Made by a program: the position numbers and the translations under genes. Of a DNA stretch of 64,000 bases, positions 56,089 through 64,000 are shown piece after piece. Under the pieces are notes generated by a model. The model was not told the origin of the DNA. It saw nothing but the letters and a program-made list of their open reading frames with translations, and ran no database searches. The stretch covers positions 11,962 through 75,961 of the IMG/VR virus record IMGVR_UViG_3300050821_003659; one strand, given 5' to 3'. Numbering within the stretch: position 1 is the first letter of the stretch; each line of letters starts with the position of its first letter. This DNA comes from a virus.

Positions 56089-56610
56089 ATGGCAATGTTT
56101 GAACTGGCGATTCCTATCGTGCTGCGGCATGAGGGCGGATTCAACAACGTGGTGGGCGATCCGGGCGGGGCGACGAACTTCGGCGTCTCACTGCGATGGC
56201 TCAAGTCACAGGGGCTGGCGGGCGATCTGAATCACGATGGCGACGTTGACATCGCAGACGTGAAGATGATGACCCAGCACGACGCTGAGGGTTTTTATCG
56301 GCAATGCTGGTGGGACGCGTATCACTACGACCGCATTCTCGCTCAGGCCGTCGCGAACAAGGTCTTCGACATGGCAGTGAACATGGGAGCGGGGCGTGCC
56401 CACAAGATCGTGCAGTCGGTTCTCGGACTGGTTGCTGATGGCATACTCGGCCCGAAGACGCTCGATGAGTTGAACACGCAGCCATCGCTGAAGGTCATTC
56501 TGAGTTTACAAAGTACACAGGCTCAGTTCTATCGCGATCTCGTGGCGGCGAATCCCGCACGACAGAAATTTCTGCAAGGCTGGCTGAACCGAGCATACGA
56601 CCGAAACTAG
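56089..56610 (+). CDS. Endolysin, glycoside hydrolase family 108
   Basis: HEGGF....GDPGGATNFG, FDMAVNMG, DGILGPKT and FLQGWLNRA. Confidence 0.92.
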   Translation: MAMFELAIPIVLRHEGGFNNVVGDPGGATNFGVSLRWLKSQGLAGDLNHDGDVDIADVKMMTQHDAEGFYRQCWWDAYHYDRILAQAVANKVFDMAVNMGAGRAHKIVQSVLGLVADGILGPKTLDELNTQPSLKVILSLQSTQAQFYRDLVAANPARQKFLQGWLNRAYDRN

Positions 56611-56618
56611 GAGACTGC

Positions 56619-56987
56619 ATGGAGGATGAGAGCCTCAAGCCAAATCTTTTAGAGAAGGGCACGCGTTGGGATCACTACAACGAACTGCGTGATCTCTTCG
56701 CCTCTGGGGTTGAAGTGCTGAAAACCCTCAGGGTCAAATCCCGTAGCGACCAAGAAAGACAAGCGAAGTTAGAGCACGCCGTCGAGATGATCGAGGGCCG
56801 ACTCAACTTCATCACCGACTTCACACAGAAGACTGGATGGGGCAGTGCGATCCGCTCCGCTGTGGACGGTGATATCGATAACATGTACCGCAAGATGAAG
56901 GTCGAACGGGAGAGAGCCAATGCCACGAGCAAAGAAAACAACGCCGCTAACGACGACGAAGGCCCTGAGGCTTATACGACAAAATAA
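56619..56987 (+). CDS. Hypothetical protein
   Basis: AGGAG RBS. Confidence 0.7.
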   Translation: MEDESLKPNLLEKGTRWDHYNELRDLFASGVEVLKTLRVKSRSDQERQAKLEHAVEMIEGRLNFITDFTQKTGWGSAIRSAVDGDIDNMYRKMKVERERANATSKENNAANDDEGPEAYTTK

Positions 56988-57423
56988 GCCCGTGACACCC
57001 AAGCAGTGGGCTGATCTCGGTTTCAAGTTTCAGTTTCTGGGACACGGTGTGTTCCGCGAAGTGTGCCGCATCAAGGGCACTGACCTTGTGGTCAAGTCCC
57101 CTCTGCGTGAGGGCACCGATGACTACAGCGAAGGGATCGCACACTCGAAGGCAGAGATGAATCGCCTCGGGCGTCTGGCCCGGATTGACGTACTCGCACC
57201 ACATCTGCCGATTGTCTATTACTACGATGCGAAGCACGGCATCGTCGTGATGAAATATTATCCGGCGATCAACGAGAAGCAGAAGGTCGAGTTGCTGGGC
57301 AAGGTCGTGCGGTCGCTGGTGAGCAAGCTGGCGGGCGTCACGATGAGCGACATTCACGAAGACAACATCCGACAGAAGCGAAGCGACTGGCAGGTCTGTG
57401 TCTTCACTGATCTCGGATACTAG
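56920..57423 (+). CDS. Minimal protein-kinase-like protein
   Basis: LGHGVFREV Gly loop, VVK, AEM, DIHEDNI and TDLGY. Confidence 0.7.
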   Translation: MPRAKKTTPLTTTKALRLIRQNKPVTPKQWADLGFKFQFLGHGVFREVCRIKGTDLVVKSPLREGTDDYSEGIAHSKAEMNRLGRLARIDVLAPHLPIVYYYDAKHGIVVMKYYPAINEKQKVELLGKVVRSLVSKLAGVTMSDIHEDNIRQKRSDWQVCVFTDLGY

Positions 57424-57628
57424 GAGACAACATGATTCGAGATAGTCAACGACAAGACTGGCAAGCACTGGTCGATTATTTAACCCCCTTCGGCAACGGG
57501 GCCTGTCTGAACTGTCTGGTAGAGGATGGCCCTGATGACGTGACAGACTTCAAGGGGCTGCTTGAGAAGTTCAAGAAAGACGACGAGGAGGCAACATGTT
57601 CACACCCGCAGGGAGTGGAGGAGGAAGC

Positions 57629-58120
57629 GTGACACAACGAGAGGTTCAGATTTACTTCGAGGCATTCAACGAGGAGTTAGACAAGCTGATACCGTCCGCG
57701 TTGAAGGGCTTTTATGAGGAGGGCAAGCGGATCAAGGTGCACGCTCTCCCAGCAGACATCAAATACGCGACGACGCTGGAGTGGTTCGGTGGTCAAACAG
57801 AGGACGGAGTGACCCGCGTGCCGCTCGATGAGTACGCCGACTACCGCAACCTCGACAGCATCGAGCCGAAAGAGATCATCGCCGGGGTGAAGGCTCTGGC
57901 ACTCATGGCAGCGGAGTCTTACATCTCGAACGTGAAAAACGCTTACATCAGGGGCGGACGCCTTCGCGGACTCTTCAGCAAAGAGAATCTGCACGTGACC
58001 GACTGGAAGGGTGCCTTCCATGTGAACGTCGTTGAGAACGGGCAAGGTCTGTGCATCGATGAGGTGAAGCCTCTCGGCTGGTGTGCGTTCCGGTATCGCT
58101 TCGCCGCAGCCAAACTTTAA
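57629..58120 (+). CDS. Hypothetical protein
   Basis: GGAGGAGG RBS with GTG start. Confidence 0.7.
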   Translation: MTQREVQIYFEAFNEELDKLIPSALKGFYEEGKRIKVHALPADIKYATTLEWFGGQTEDGVTRVPLDEYADYRNLDSIEPKEIIAGVKALALMAAESYISNVKNAYIRGGRLRGLFSKENLHVTDWKGAFHVNVVENGQGLCIDEVKPLGWCAFRYRFAAAKL

Positions 58121-58121
58121 C

Positions 58122-58194
58122 GGGGTCGAGGCAGTAGTGTCGGCTGGCACTCCAAACGCACAGTCAGGGGGTGCAACTCCCCACGTCCCCGCCA
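58122..58194 (+). tRNA. Non-canonical tRNA with CCA (Trp) anticodon
   Basis: GGGGTCG/CGTCCCC acceptor, tiny D arm, loop CTCCAAA, T loop TGCAACT, GCCA end. Confidence 0.6.
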
Positions 58195-58200
58195 AAAACG

Positions 58201-58245
58201 AAGAAAGCCCCCACGTCCTTTGCAGGATAGTGGGGGCTTCTTTAT
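58201..58245. terminator. Bidirectional terminator between convergent units
   Basis: AAGCCCCCAC/GTGGGGGCTT stem with A-rich 5' and T-rich 3' flanks. Confidence 0.8.
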
Positions 58246-58427
58246 TGCACTCCGAGTTTGATCTTCAGAGGTTGGCGATGTTTGGGCTGGTGTTTCTTGC
58301 CCTTTTTGAACTTAGACTTCGCGTAGCGAACGCTGAGCGGATGTTCCGCCAGCACTCGTGCACGGTGAGCCTGTCGTTCCGCCAACTTGCGAAGGCGGGT
58401 TGCTTCTTTTTGTTCTGGTGTACGCAT
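58242..58427 (-). CDS. Small basic protein
   Basis: AAGGAG RBS; 61 aa. Confidence 0.6.
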   Translation of the reverse strand: MRTPEQKEATRLRKLAERQAHRARVLAEHPLSVRYAKSKFKKGKKHQPKHRQPLKIKLGVQ

Positions 58428-58478
58428 GAGTAGCTCCTTTCACTACATCATGAGTCACCTCCTTTCTTAGATCAAAAA

Positions 58479-59519
58479 TTATGCTGGTTGGAACGCCGCG
58501 ATGACGGCTGCGGTTGATCCAGAGCCTTGTGTCCATGTCGGACTGACTGGCGTGGCGTCTGCCGTGAGCAGATATGCCGCCGCACCTTGAATGTTCGTGA
58601 ACCGTTTGAGCAGACCCGTGAAGCTGTCGTTGACAGTGGCAGACGACGTATCGTTGACCACACCGACGATGCCCGTGAGTACGACTCCTCCGGTTGCCGG
58701 GGTAACAGAACCCGGAACTGGGTTTGCTGTCGCTGCGACTGAGCCGTTCTCGTTGAGGAAGCAAGCTGCTGTCGTCGTTGCTCCACCGAAGGCGTAGACA
58801 AAGCCGACGCAACTTCCGCCGATGGAGAACGTGTGCCCTGCTCCAACTACCGGGGCGAAGGCGTATGCGATTCGAGTCTGTACGCCATTGGCTGTTCGGA
58901 TCGTAAGATAGTTCCACGTGTTGTTGTTACCATCTACCAACACTGGGGGAGCACCAGACTGAGCAATCACTGCTGCCAAGAAAGTCGCCCCGGTCGTGTC
59001 GAGGGTGATCGGGTTAGTCCCGGTCGAGTCAATCGACCCGCTGGTCAGGAAGGTAAAGGCTGAGGGTGCTGCGGTGTACGTCCACGCGTTCGTGAGCGTC
59101 TGGGTGCCGAGATCGGCATCGATCACTTGGACATTACCAGTACCGGGAGTGACTCCGACTTCAGAGGTGCCCGTGATCGTGTTGTCGTCAGCCACACTCC
59201 AGTTCGCCGCAACGACGCCGTCGAGGACGACATCGAAGTTGCCGAGATTCAGAAAGCCGCTGCCCGAGAGCGTGAACGGAGTCTGGGCGTTGACGGCCCC
59301 GCCGCTAGGCGAGATTCCGCTAAGGGAGAAGGTCACCGCTGGGGTGATGACGTTTCCGAACTCGTGGGGAAGCGTGATCGGGTTGCCGAAGTTCTTGGGC
59401 AACGTGACTGGATTCCCGAAGTTGTGAGTCGTCAAGTCCATCGGCGTGCCGAACTCGTGCGGTAGTGTGATGGGCGTACCGTTTCGGTAGTCGCCCGTTC
59501 GATTCAAGCCTCGTGGCAT
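58479..59519 (-). CDS. Virion protein with IPT/TIG-like domain and N-terminal repeats
   Basis: GISPSGG...TLSGSGF...TLTNAWTY IPT pattern; FGNPITLPHE repeats. Confidence 0.7.
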   Translation of the reverse strand: MPRGLNRTGDYRNGTPITLPHEFGTPMDLTTHNFGNPVTLPKNFGNPITLPHEFGNVITPAVTFSLSGISPSGGAVNAQTPFTLSGSGFLNLGNFDVVLDGVVAANWSVADDNTITGTSEVGVTPGTGNVQVIDADLGTQTLTNAWTYTAAPSAFTFLTSGSIDSTGTNPITLDTTGATFLAAVIAQSGAPPVLVDGNNNTWNYLTIRTANGVQTRIAYAFAPVVGAGHTFSIGGSCVGFVYAFGGATTTAACFLNENGSVAATANPVPGSVTPATGGVVLTGIVGVVNDTSSATVNDSFTGLLKRFTNIQGAAAYLLTADATPVSPTWTQGSGSTAAVIAAFQPA

Positions 59520-59520
59520 G

Positions 59521-59775
59521 TTATTCCTTTGCTGGAGCAGTCTCGATCAGAGCAAGCTGGTCGAGGTTGACCGTGTACTTGCCTTTTTCCAATCCGAGTT
59601 CGATGCCCACTCTATCGACAGCGTCAGACAGATTCTGGAGTGCGATTCGCTTGTTCTGCTGCGTGATCTGTAGATTCTTCTCCGCGATCTGATTGTCTGA
59701 GTCTGTCTTGATGTACTCACGCTGGGCGAGAACGATGCTCAGCTTCTGTTCGTTTGTCAGTTCAGGTTTGCTCAT
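59521..59775 (-). CDS. Small coiled-coil protein (possible fibre chaperone)
   Basis: AGGAGGAG RBS; MSKPELTNEQ. Confidence 0.65.
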   Translation of the reverse strand: MSKPELTNEQKLSIVLAQREYIKTDSDNQIAEKNLQITQQNKRIALQNLSDAVDRVGIELGLEKGKYTVNLDQLALIETAPAKE

Positions 59776-59783
59776 CTCTCCTC

Positions 59784-61115
59784 CTAGTACGGGAAGTTCT
59801 GCCCAACGCCCGCTGCGTTGCCGCCAGTGCCTTGTGCACCACGCGGAAAGATTTGACCCGTGAACGGTTTCGCTAAGGGACTGTTCGGGTCTTGAAACGA
59901 TGCACGCGGGGTCATCCACGGAGAAGCGGTCAAACCCGACGTGTGATCGTAAATTGCCGAAGGTGATGTGATCCCGAAACTCGGGAACCGCATGAACGGT
60001 GGGATGCTTCCGTTCCATTCGTAGAGCGATGTCTTGTCCATGACAGTCGCCTGAAGGGTGTAGCTTCCGGTGTTGTCGTGAAGATCGGTGTCCGCGATAC
60101 CGAGCGACAGCTTCGTCGCCCCCGCTGGAACGCGGAGGACAATGCCCGTGAACGGTGTCATCGTCGCCGCATGCGATTCTGGAACGTAATTCGGATTCCA
60201 CACAGACCAGTTCGATGAACTAACCGCGAAGACGAAGAACGTCCCGTTGTTCAGGGGGTTCGTGAACCCCGCGATAGTCACCAGATTGCCGACAGCCGCC
60301 GCTGGTGTTGGCAGACCCGACCCGTTGTACAGCGTGATCCCTGCGGTGCCCGCCGAGACTGATGTGAGTGTCATCGCGTTGTTAGGAACGATTCCGCCCC
60401 AACCCGCGAAGTCAAACGTGCCGCCAGTGACGACGTTTCCTGAGCCATCTGTGAACGCACCGACGACGCCGCCGATGGAAGTCTTAGCTCCCCACGTGAG
60501 GTACGTGACGCCCGTCTGCGTACCTGCGGAGGTAGCGATGGTCATCGTGATCGCCCCACCAGCCGTGGTGCCTGTGAACGACGAGATCGTAAACGCGACG
60601 TTGTTGATCCAGATCACGCCGGGGCTGATCGGAGTTCCGAGCATGTCGTTTGAGAACTTGTCGCCACTCACCCACGTCACTGTGGTGCCGGAGGTGTTGA
60701 CCGTTCCCGTGTGGTTCGCGGCCCGAAGGCCCTTCACCACGTTCGTCGCCATGTTGTCGTTGTCGTCGCCGCCCGCTGGCAGAGGTGTCAGACCCGTCGA
60801 GGGTGATCCTGCTGGGGTGGAGTTGCCCGCTCCTGATCCCTGTGTCGCAACGGTGCCGCTCACGTACTGCAAGAAGACGATGTTGCCCGCTGCGACCGTG
60901 AGCGTCGAGGGATTCTGTTCGCCCGCCGACGCGTGGCTCTTTCCGTAGAGGTAAGACGCGTTCTGTGCCGCTGATCCGCCCGCCGCCGACCCGTCGCAGT
61001 GTGCTGCGTTATAGGGATCGAGGGTGCCAGCAGACCCGTTGTTCGGGGTGCTCGAACCGAGCAACCACGGACGAGAACGACCGTCGAGAGATACTGAGGT
61101 TGCTGTAATTGCCAT
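59784..61115 (-). CDS. Virion structural/tail protein
   Basis: Gly/Thr/Ser-rich beta protein; VPAGATKLSLG..D....DNTGSY lectin-like motif. Confidence 0.7.
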   Translation of the reverse strand: MAITATSVSLDGRSRPWLLGSSTPNNGSAGTLDPYNAAHCDGSAAGGSAAQNASYLYGKSHASAGEQNPSTLTVAAGNIVFLQYVSGTVATQGSGAGNSTPAGSPSTGLTPLPAGGDDNDNMATNVVKGLRAANHTGTVNTSGTTVTWVSGDKFSNDMLGTPISPGVIWINNVAFTISSFTGTTAGGAITMTIATSAGTQTGVTYLTWGAKTSIGGVVGAFTDGSGNVVTGGTFDFAGWGGIVPNNAMTLTSVSAGTAGITLYNGSGLPTPAAAVGNLVTIAGFTNPLNNGTFFVFAVSSSNWSVWNPNYVPESHAATMTPFTGIVLRVPAGATKLSLGIADTDLHDNTGSYTLQATVMDKTSLYEWNGSIPPFMRFPSFGITSPSAIYDHTSGLTASPWMTPRASFQDPNSPLAKPFTGQIFPRGAQGTGGNAAGVGQNFPY

Positions 61116-61116
61116 G

Positions 61117-62271
61117 TTACTCCCAAAGAATTGCTGCTACGCTCCCGTTCGTGGCGACGTTGTCGATAGAACCGAGAGCCGCCGCTGAGTTAGAGTTCAC
61201 GAGATAGTTGTGACTCGCTCCGTAGTTCCACACAGGGATGATCGAGCCGTCAGTGACATCGGGACGGTGAAATCCGACTGCTCCGAGCACTGGCCCCGCG
61301 ATATATCCGATGAGCGGGAAGATAGGCAGAGGCGGGACAGACCCGAACTGAGCCATCGAGGTTGACTGTCCGCCCGACCAAATTGTTCCCGGCCAGCCGC
61401 AAGAGTTGTATACGGAGATTGGTGATGCTCCGATAGTTAGGTTCGGCAGAATCGAGGTGCGATTCGTCTGACCGCCCACCTGTAATAGAATCGCCCCGAA
61501 CCAGATAAAGGCGTTCGTATCTGAGCCGCTGGCGTTCTTAGAACGATCCGCGACAAACAATTGCGACCAGAGGGCCGAAGCCGTATGACCACGCCAGAGA
61601 ATGAATCGGAAGTTGTCCGCGTCTCCTGCGAAGTCGCATTCTGCAAGGACTCCGCTTGTTGTCGTGGAGTTGTCCATGACGCACGTGTTGACCGGAGCAG
61701 TCGTTGACATGGTTGTCGCCCCGGTGATGTTCCCGTTCGAGTCGATCCCTGTTCCGACCTGCATGAAGAATCGCACGGAACTGTTCGCGGCACCCTGAAT
61801 GGTGTACGTGAGACGAACGTAAATCGGCAACGTGGACGAGTTCGCACCTGTTGACTTCCAGATTTCAAACTGAAGTGGTTGCCAATCGGTCGCGTTGGAG
61901 TGCGGAGCCGTCGTCAGGTTGGTCGCGACGTTGGTCGTGATCTTCTGATACGAGATGCCGTTGCCGCCGACGCTGTTGTCTGTGACTATGTCAGCCGTCG
62001 CGTTCGCGGTGTTGCTTCCGTTCGGATATGTCGTACCTGACACCCACGCACCACGATAGGTGTACGTCGCCATCGGGTTCATCGCGACAGCGGGCAGTAC
62101 AGGGTTCGTGAAGGCATAGGAAGAACCCGACCCAGAGGCCGGAAGTTCCCCGTGCCCTGTTTGAGCCGTCCATCCAATGGTTGTGAATCCGCCGCCGAAG
62201 AACTGAGCAAACGCCTGAAAGTGAGCGAGGGTGTCCATGATCGGTGCCGAGAATGTCTGATAAGTCGCCAT
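61117..62271 (-). CDS. Virion structural/tail protein
   Basis: Thr/Asn/Gly-rich; YRGAWVSGTTY carbohydrate-binding-like segment. Confidence 0.7.
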   Translation of the reverse strand: MATYQTFSAPIMDTLAHFQAFAQFFGGGFTTIGWTAQTGHGELPASGSGSSYAFTNPVLPAVAMNPMATYTYRGAWVSGTTYPNGSNTANATADIVTDNSVGGNGISYQKITTNVATNLTTAPHSNATDWQPLQFEIWKSTGANSSTLPIYVRLTYTIQGAANSSVRFFMQVGTGIDSNGNITGATTMSTTAPVNTCVMDNSTTTSGVLAECDFAGDADNFRFILWRGHTASALWSQLFVADRSKNASGSDTNAFIWFGAILLQVGGQTNRTSILPNLTIGASPISVYNSCGWPGTIWSGGQSTSMAQFGSVPPLPIFPLIGYIAGPVLGAVGFHRPDVTDGSIIPVWNYGASHNYLVNSNSAAALGSIDNVATNGSVAAILWE

Positions 62272-63212
62272 TAGCTCTCCAGTTGAACAAGCGTGTACGT
62301 GATAACAATCGTCTGCGTGCCCGTGTCAATGTTCGTGACGCTGGCGTAAATCGCCGCAGAGACTGAGCCGTCATCGTTGAAGCCCACCACGATAGGTGAG
62401 CACGTCCACGGGGTGACTGCGTTCACCTGATCGAAATAAAAGTCAGCGATGCAGCCGTGCTGCGATCCAAGCAGCAGAGGTGTTGAGTAGGATCGGTTCA
62501 GATCAGCCGTTCGAGCCGCCGCTGTCGAGTACAGCCGGATGCGGCACTTCTTATTGCTCGTGATGGCGATGTGTTCGAGTTCGAAAGATTTGAAGAACGT
62601 CGGTGCTTGACTGCTGTCCGTTGCCCCCGCCGCGAGTGACGTGTACGTCGATGTCACTGTCGTACGATTGGCGAGTCCGGTTCCTGCTCCCGGCGTTCCC
62701 CACGTGAGATCGCCCTTCAGAAACGTCGATGCCGATGCACCTGATCCCGCGTTGAAGTCATTGGGCGAGATCGCACGGAACGTCGGTGTGACCGTCGATC
62801 CGACCGATGCTGATCCTGCGAAGAAGGTGTTCGATGTCTGCGTGCTCAGTGTGAACGAAAGCGTCGGAGTCGTGGTCGATGTCGCGACGTTAGTCGTGAA
62901 CAGAGGGGAGAGGTTGCCCGCGATGAAATTCGTCACGGTGCCTGATCCAGCTACCGCCCACGTGCCGTCACCACGCCAGAAAGTTGAGCCTGAGGCCCCT
63001 GTGCCTCCGTTGAAGTCCGCGATCACCAACGTGCGGAAGGTCGGAAGGGCTGACCCACCTGAAGTCGGCCCTGCATAGAAAGTGTTGGCTGGTTCAACAG
63101 AGGGCGACCCGCCCGCTGCCGTGCCGTGTACGTTGCCGTCTCGATCAGTTGTCCATGTCAGAGAGGGTGAATCGACAAGCCGCTTGATGTTGTAGACCTG
63201 AACCTTTGCCAT
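62271..63212 (-). CDS. Tail fibre-like protein
   Basis: Duplicated NTF.AG...PTFR....DFN.G.GAS.STF..GD.TW repeat. Confidence 0.75.
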   Translation of the reverse strand: MAKVQVYNIKRLVDSPSLTWTTDRDGNVHGTAAGGSPSVEPANTFYAGPTSGGSALPTFRTLVIADFNGGTGASGSTFWRGDGTWAVAGSGTVTNFIAGNLSPLFTTNVATSTTTPTLSFTLSTQTSNTFFAGSASVGSTVTPTFRAISPNDFNAGSGASASTFLKGDLTWGTPGAGTGLANRTTVTSTYTSLAAGATDSSQAPTFFKSFELEHIAITSNKKCRIRLYSTAAARTADLNRSYSTPLLLGSQHGCIADFYFDQVNAVTPWTCSPIVVGFNDDGSVSAAIYASVTNIDTGTQTIVITYTLVQLES

Positions 63213-63231
63213 GACTTCCTTCGGAGAAATT

Positions 63232-63305
63232 TGGTGGACAAGGCGAGAGTTGCACTCGCATCAGCACCTTGCAGGGGTGCTAGTCTCCTGTTGACGTACT
63301 CGCCC
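63232..63305 (-). tRNA. tRNA-Ala(UGC), atypical
   Basis: G3-U70, loop CCTGCAA, T loop TGCAACT, ACCA end. Confidence 0.8.
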
Positions 63306-63425
63306 ACTTTAAGCCCATCCCACGTGGTTAGTTGCACGCCCCACGCATTCAGGGCACCTCGCGACATGCTGCATCTGTGCAACCAGACTCACGCAGTATC
63401 GGTCTTTGAGGCCAGTATAATATTT

Positions 63426-63501
63426 TGGCTGGCACGGCAGGACTCGAACCTGCGACCATGCGGTTAACAGCCGCACGCTCTACCAACTGAGCTACATGCC
63501 A
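63426..63501 (-). tRNA. tRNA-Asn(GUU)
   Basis: Canonical cloverleaf with GCCA end. Confidence 0.95.
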
Positions 63502-63676
63502 GTGTTGCTGGTGCGTGCCCCAGAGCAGAGCCAGCGTGCTTGTTAAAGGCGATAGTCAGTGCTCGGTCGCTGACAACCATCAATGGAGCGGCCCGTTTGC
63601 CCGTAGGCAGCAACGTCGGCGGATATCTCACCTCGGTCGCCCGTTACCAACCCCTTCAGAGGGCTGTAGCCGCGTA

Positions 63677-63756
63677 TGGGGTGATGAGTGGGAGTCGAAC
63701 CCACCAGACGACAGCTTCACAGGCTGCGGCAACGTTCCCAGAGTTGCCATCATCAC
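63677..63756 (-). tRNA. tRNA-His(GUG), atypical D arm
   Basis: Loop CTGTGAA, C73-CCA, 6-bp D stem. Confidence 0.8.
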
Positions 63757-63762
63757 AGTCGT

Positions 63763-63837
63763 TGGAGCGGGTGAGAGGAATCGAACCTCCATACGTTGGG
63801 TGGAAGCCAACTAGCCTACCACATGGCCCACACCCGC
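63763..63837 (-). tRNA. tRNA-Gly(UCC)
   Basis: GCGGGTG acceptor, loop CTTCCAC, TCCA end. Confidence 0.9.
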
Positions 63838-63845
63838 TCAGAAAT

Positions 63846-63922
63846 TGGTCGCGGGGGCAGGATTCGAACCTGCGACACGAGGCTTATGAGGCCCCTGCTC
63901 TACCGGACTGAGCTACCCCGCA
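63846..63922 (-). tRNA. tRNA-Met(CAU), initiator-like acceptor
   Basis: TGCGGGG/CCCCGCG acceptor with U1-G72; loop CTCATAA. Confidence 0.9.
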
Positions 63923-63923
63923 A

Positions 63924-64000
63924 TGGTGAACGCTGAAGGATTCGAACCTCCGAAGCCCACTGGGGGCGACTGGGTTACAGCCAGTCCACTTTGGCCGCTC
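63924..64000 (-). tRNA. tRNA-Tyr(GUA), 5' end outside the window
   Basis: Loop CTGTAAC, long variable arm, ACCA end. Confidence 0.85.

Overview
This is a 64-kb segment of a large GC-rich tailed dsDNA phage genome. The host is possibly Acidobacteriota, inferred from recall of the stand-alone Clp-D2 ATPase and DUF5715-like families and not verified. From 1 to 6.7 kb (minus strand) lie a phosphatase, an SprT-like protein, three glycosyltransferases and RfbD. From 6.8 to 20.3 kb (plus) lie replication genes (SSB-like, primase-polymerase, family A DNA polymerase), an ncRNA cluster with a circularly permuted two-piece tmRNA, and many small genes. 20.3-21.7 kb is non-coding (possible terminus or control region). 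21.7-58.2 kb (plus) holds early/middle genes: an AAA+ module, a short tyrosine recombinase, two RNA ligases, GroES, a Clp-type ATPase, a helicase, RecA, an endolysin, scattered tRNAs and many structured intergenic RNAs. 58.2-64 kb (minus) holds virion/tail-like genes and a tRNA array. The most striking unexplained signals are: (1) a G-R-[RK]-[FM]-R terminal peptide shared by seven otherwise dissimilar proteins; (2) a permuted tmRNA whose tag ends AAAAGR, alongside an IGF-loop Clp ATPase and phage proteins with similar Ala-rich tails; (3) an AAA+ ATPase whose Walker B block precedes its Walker A block; (4) a YAADGLTxDW-type motif shared by three glycosyltransferases; (5) a family of long-stem, switch-like intergenic RNAs and atypical tRNAs. 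All calls were made by eye, without database searches.
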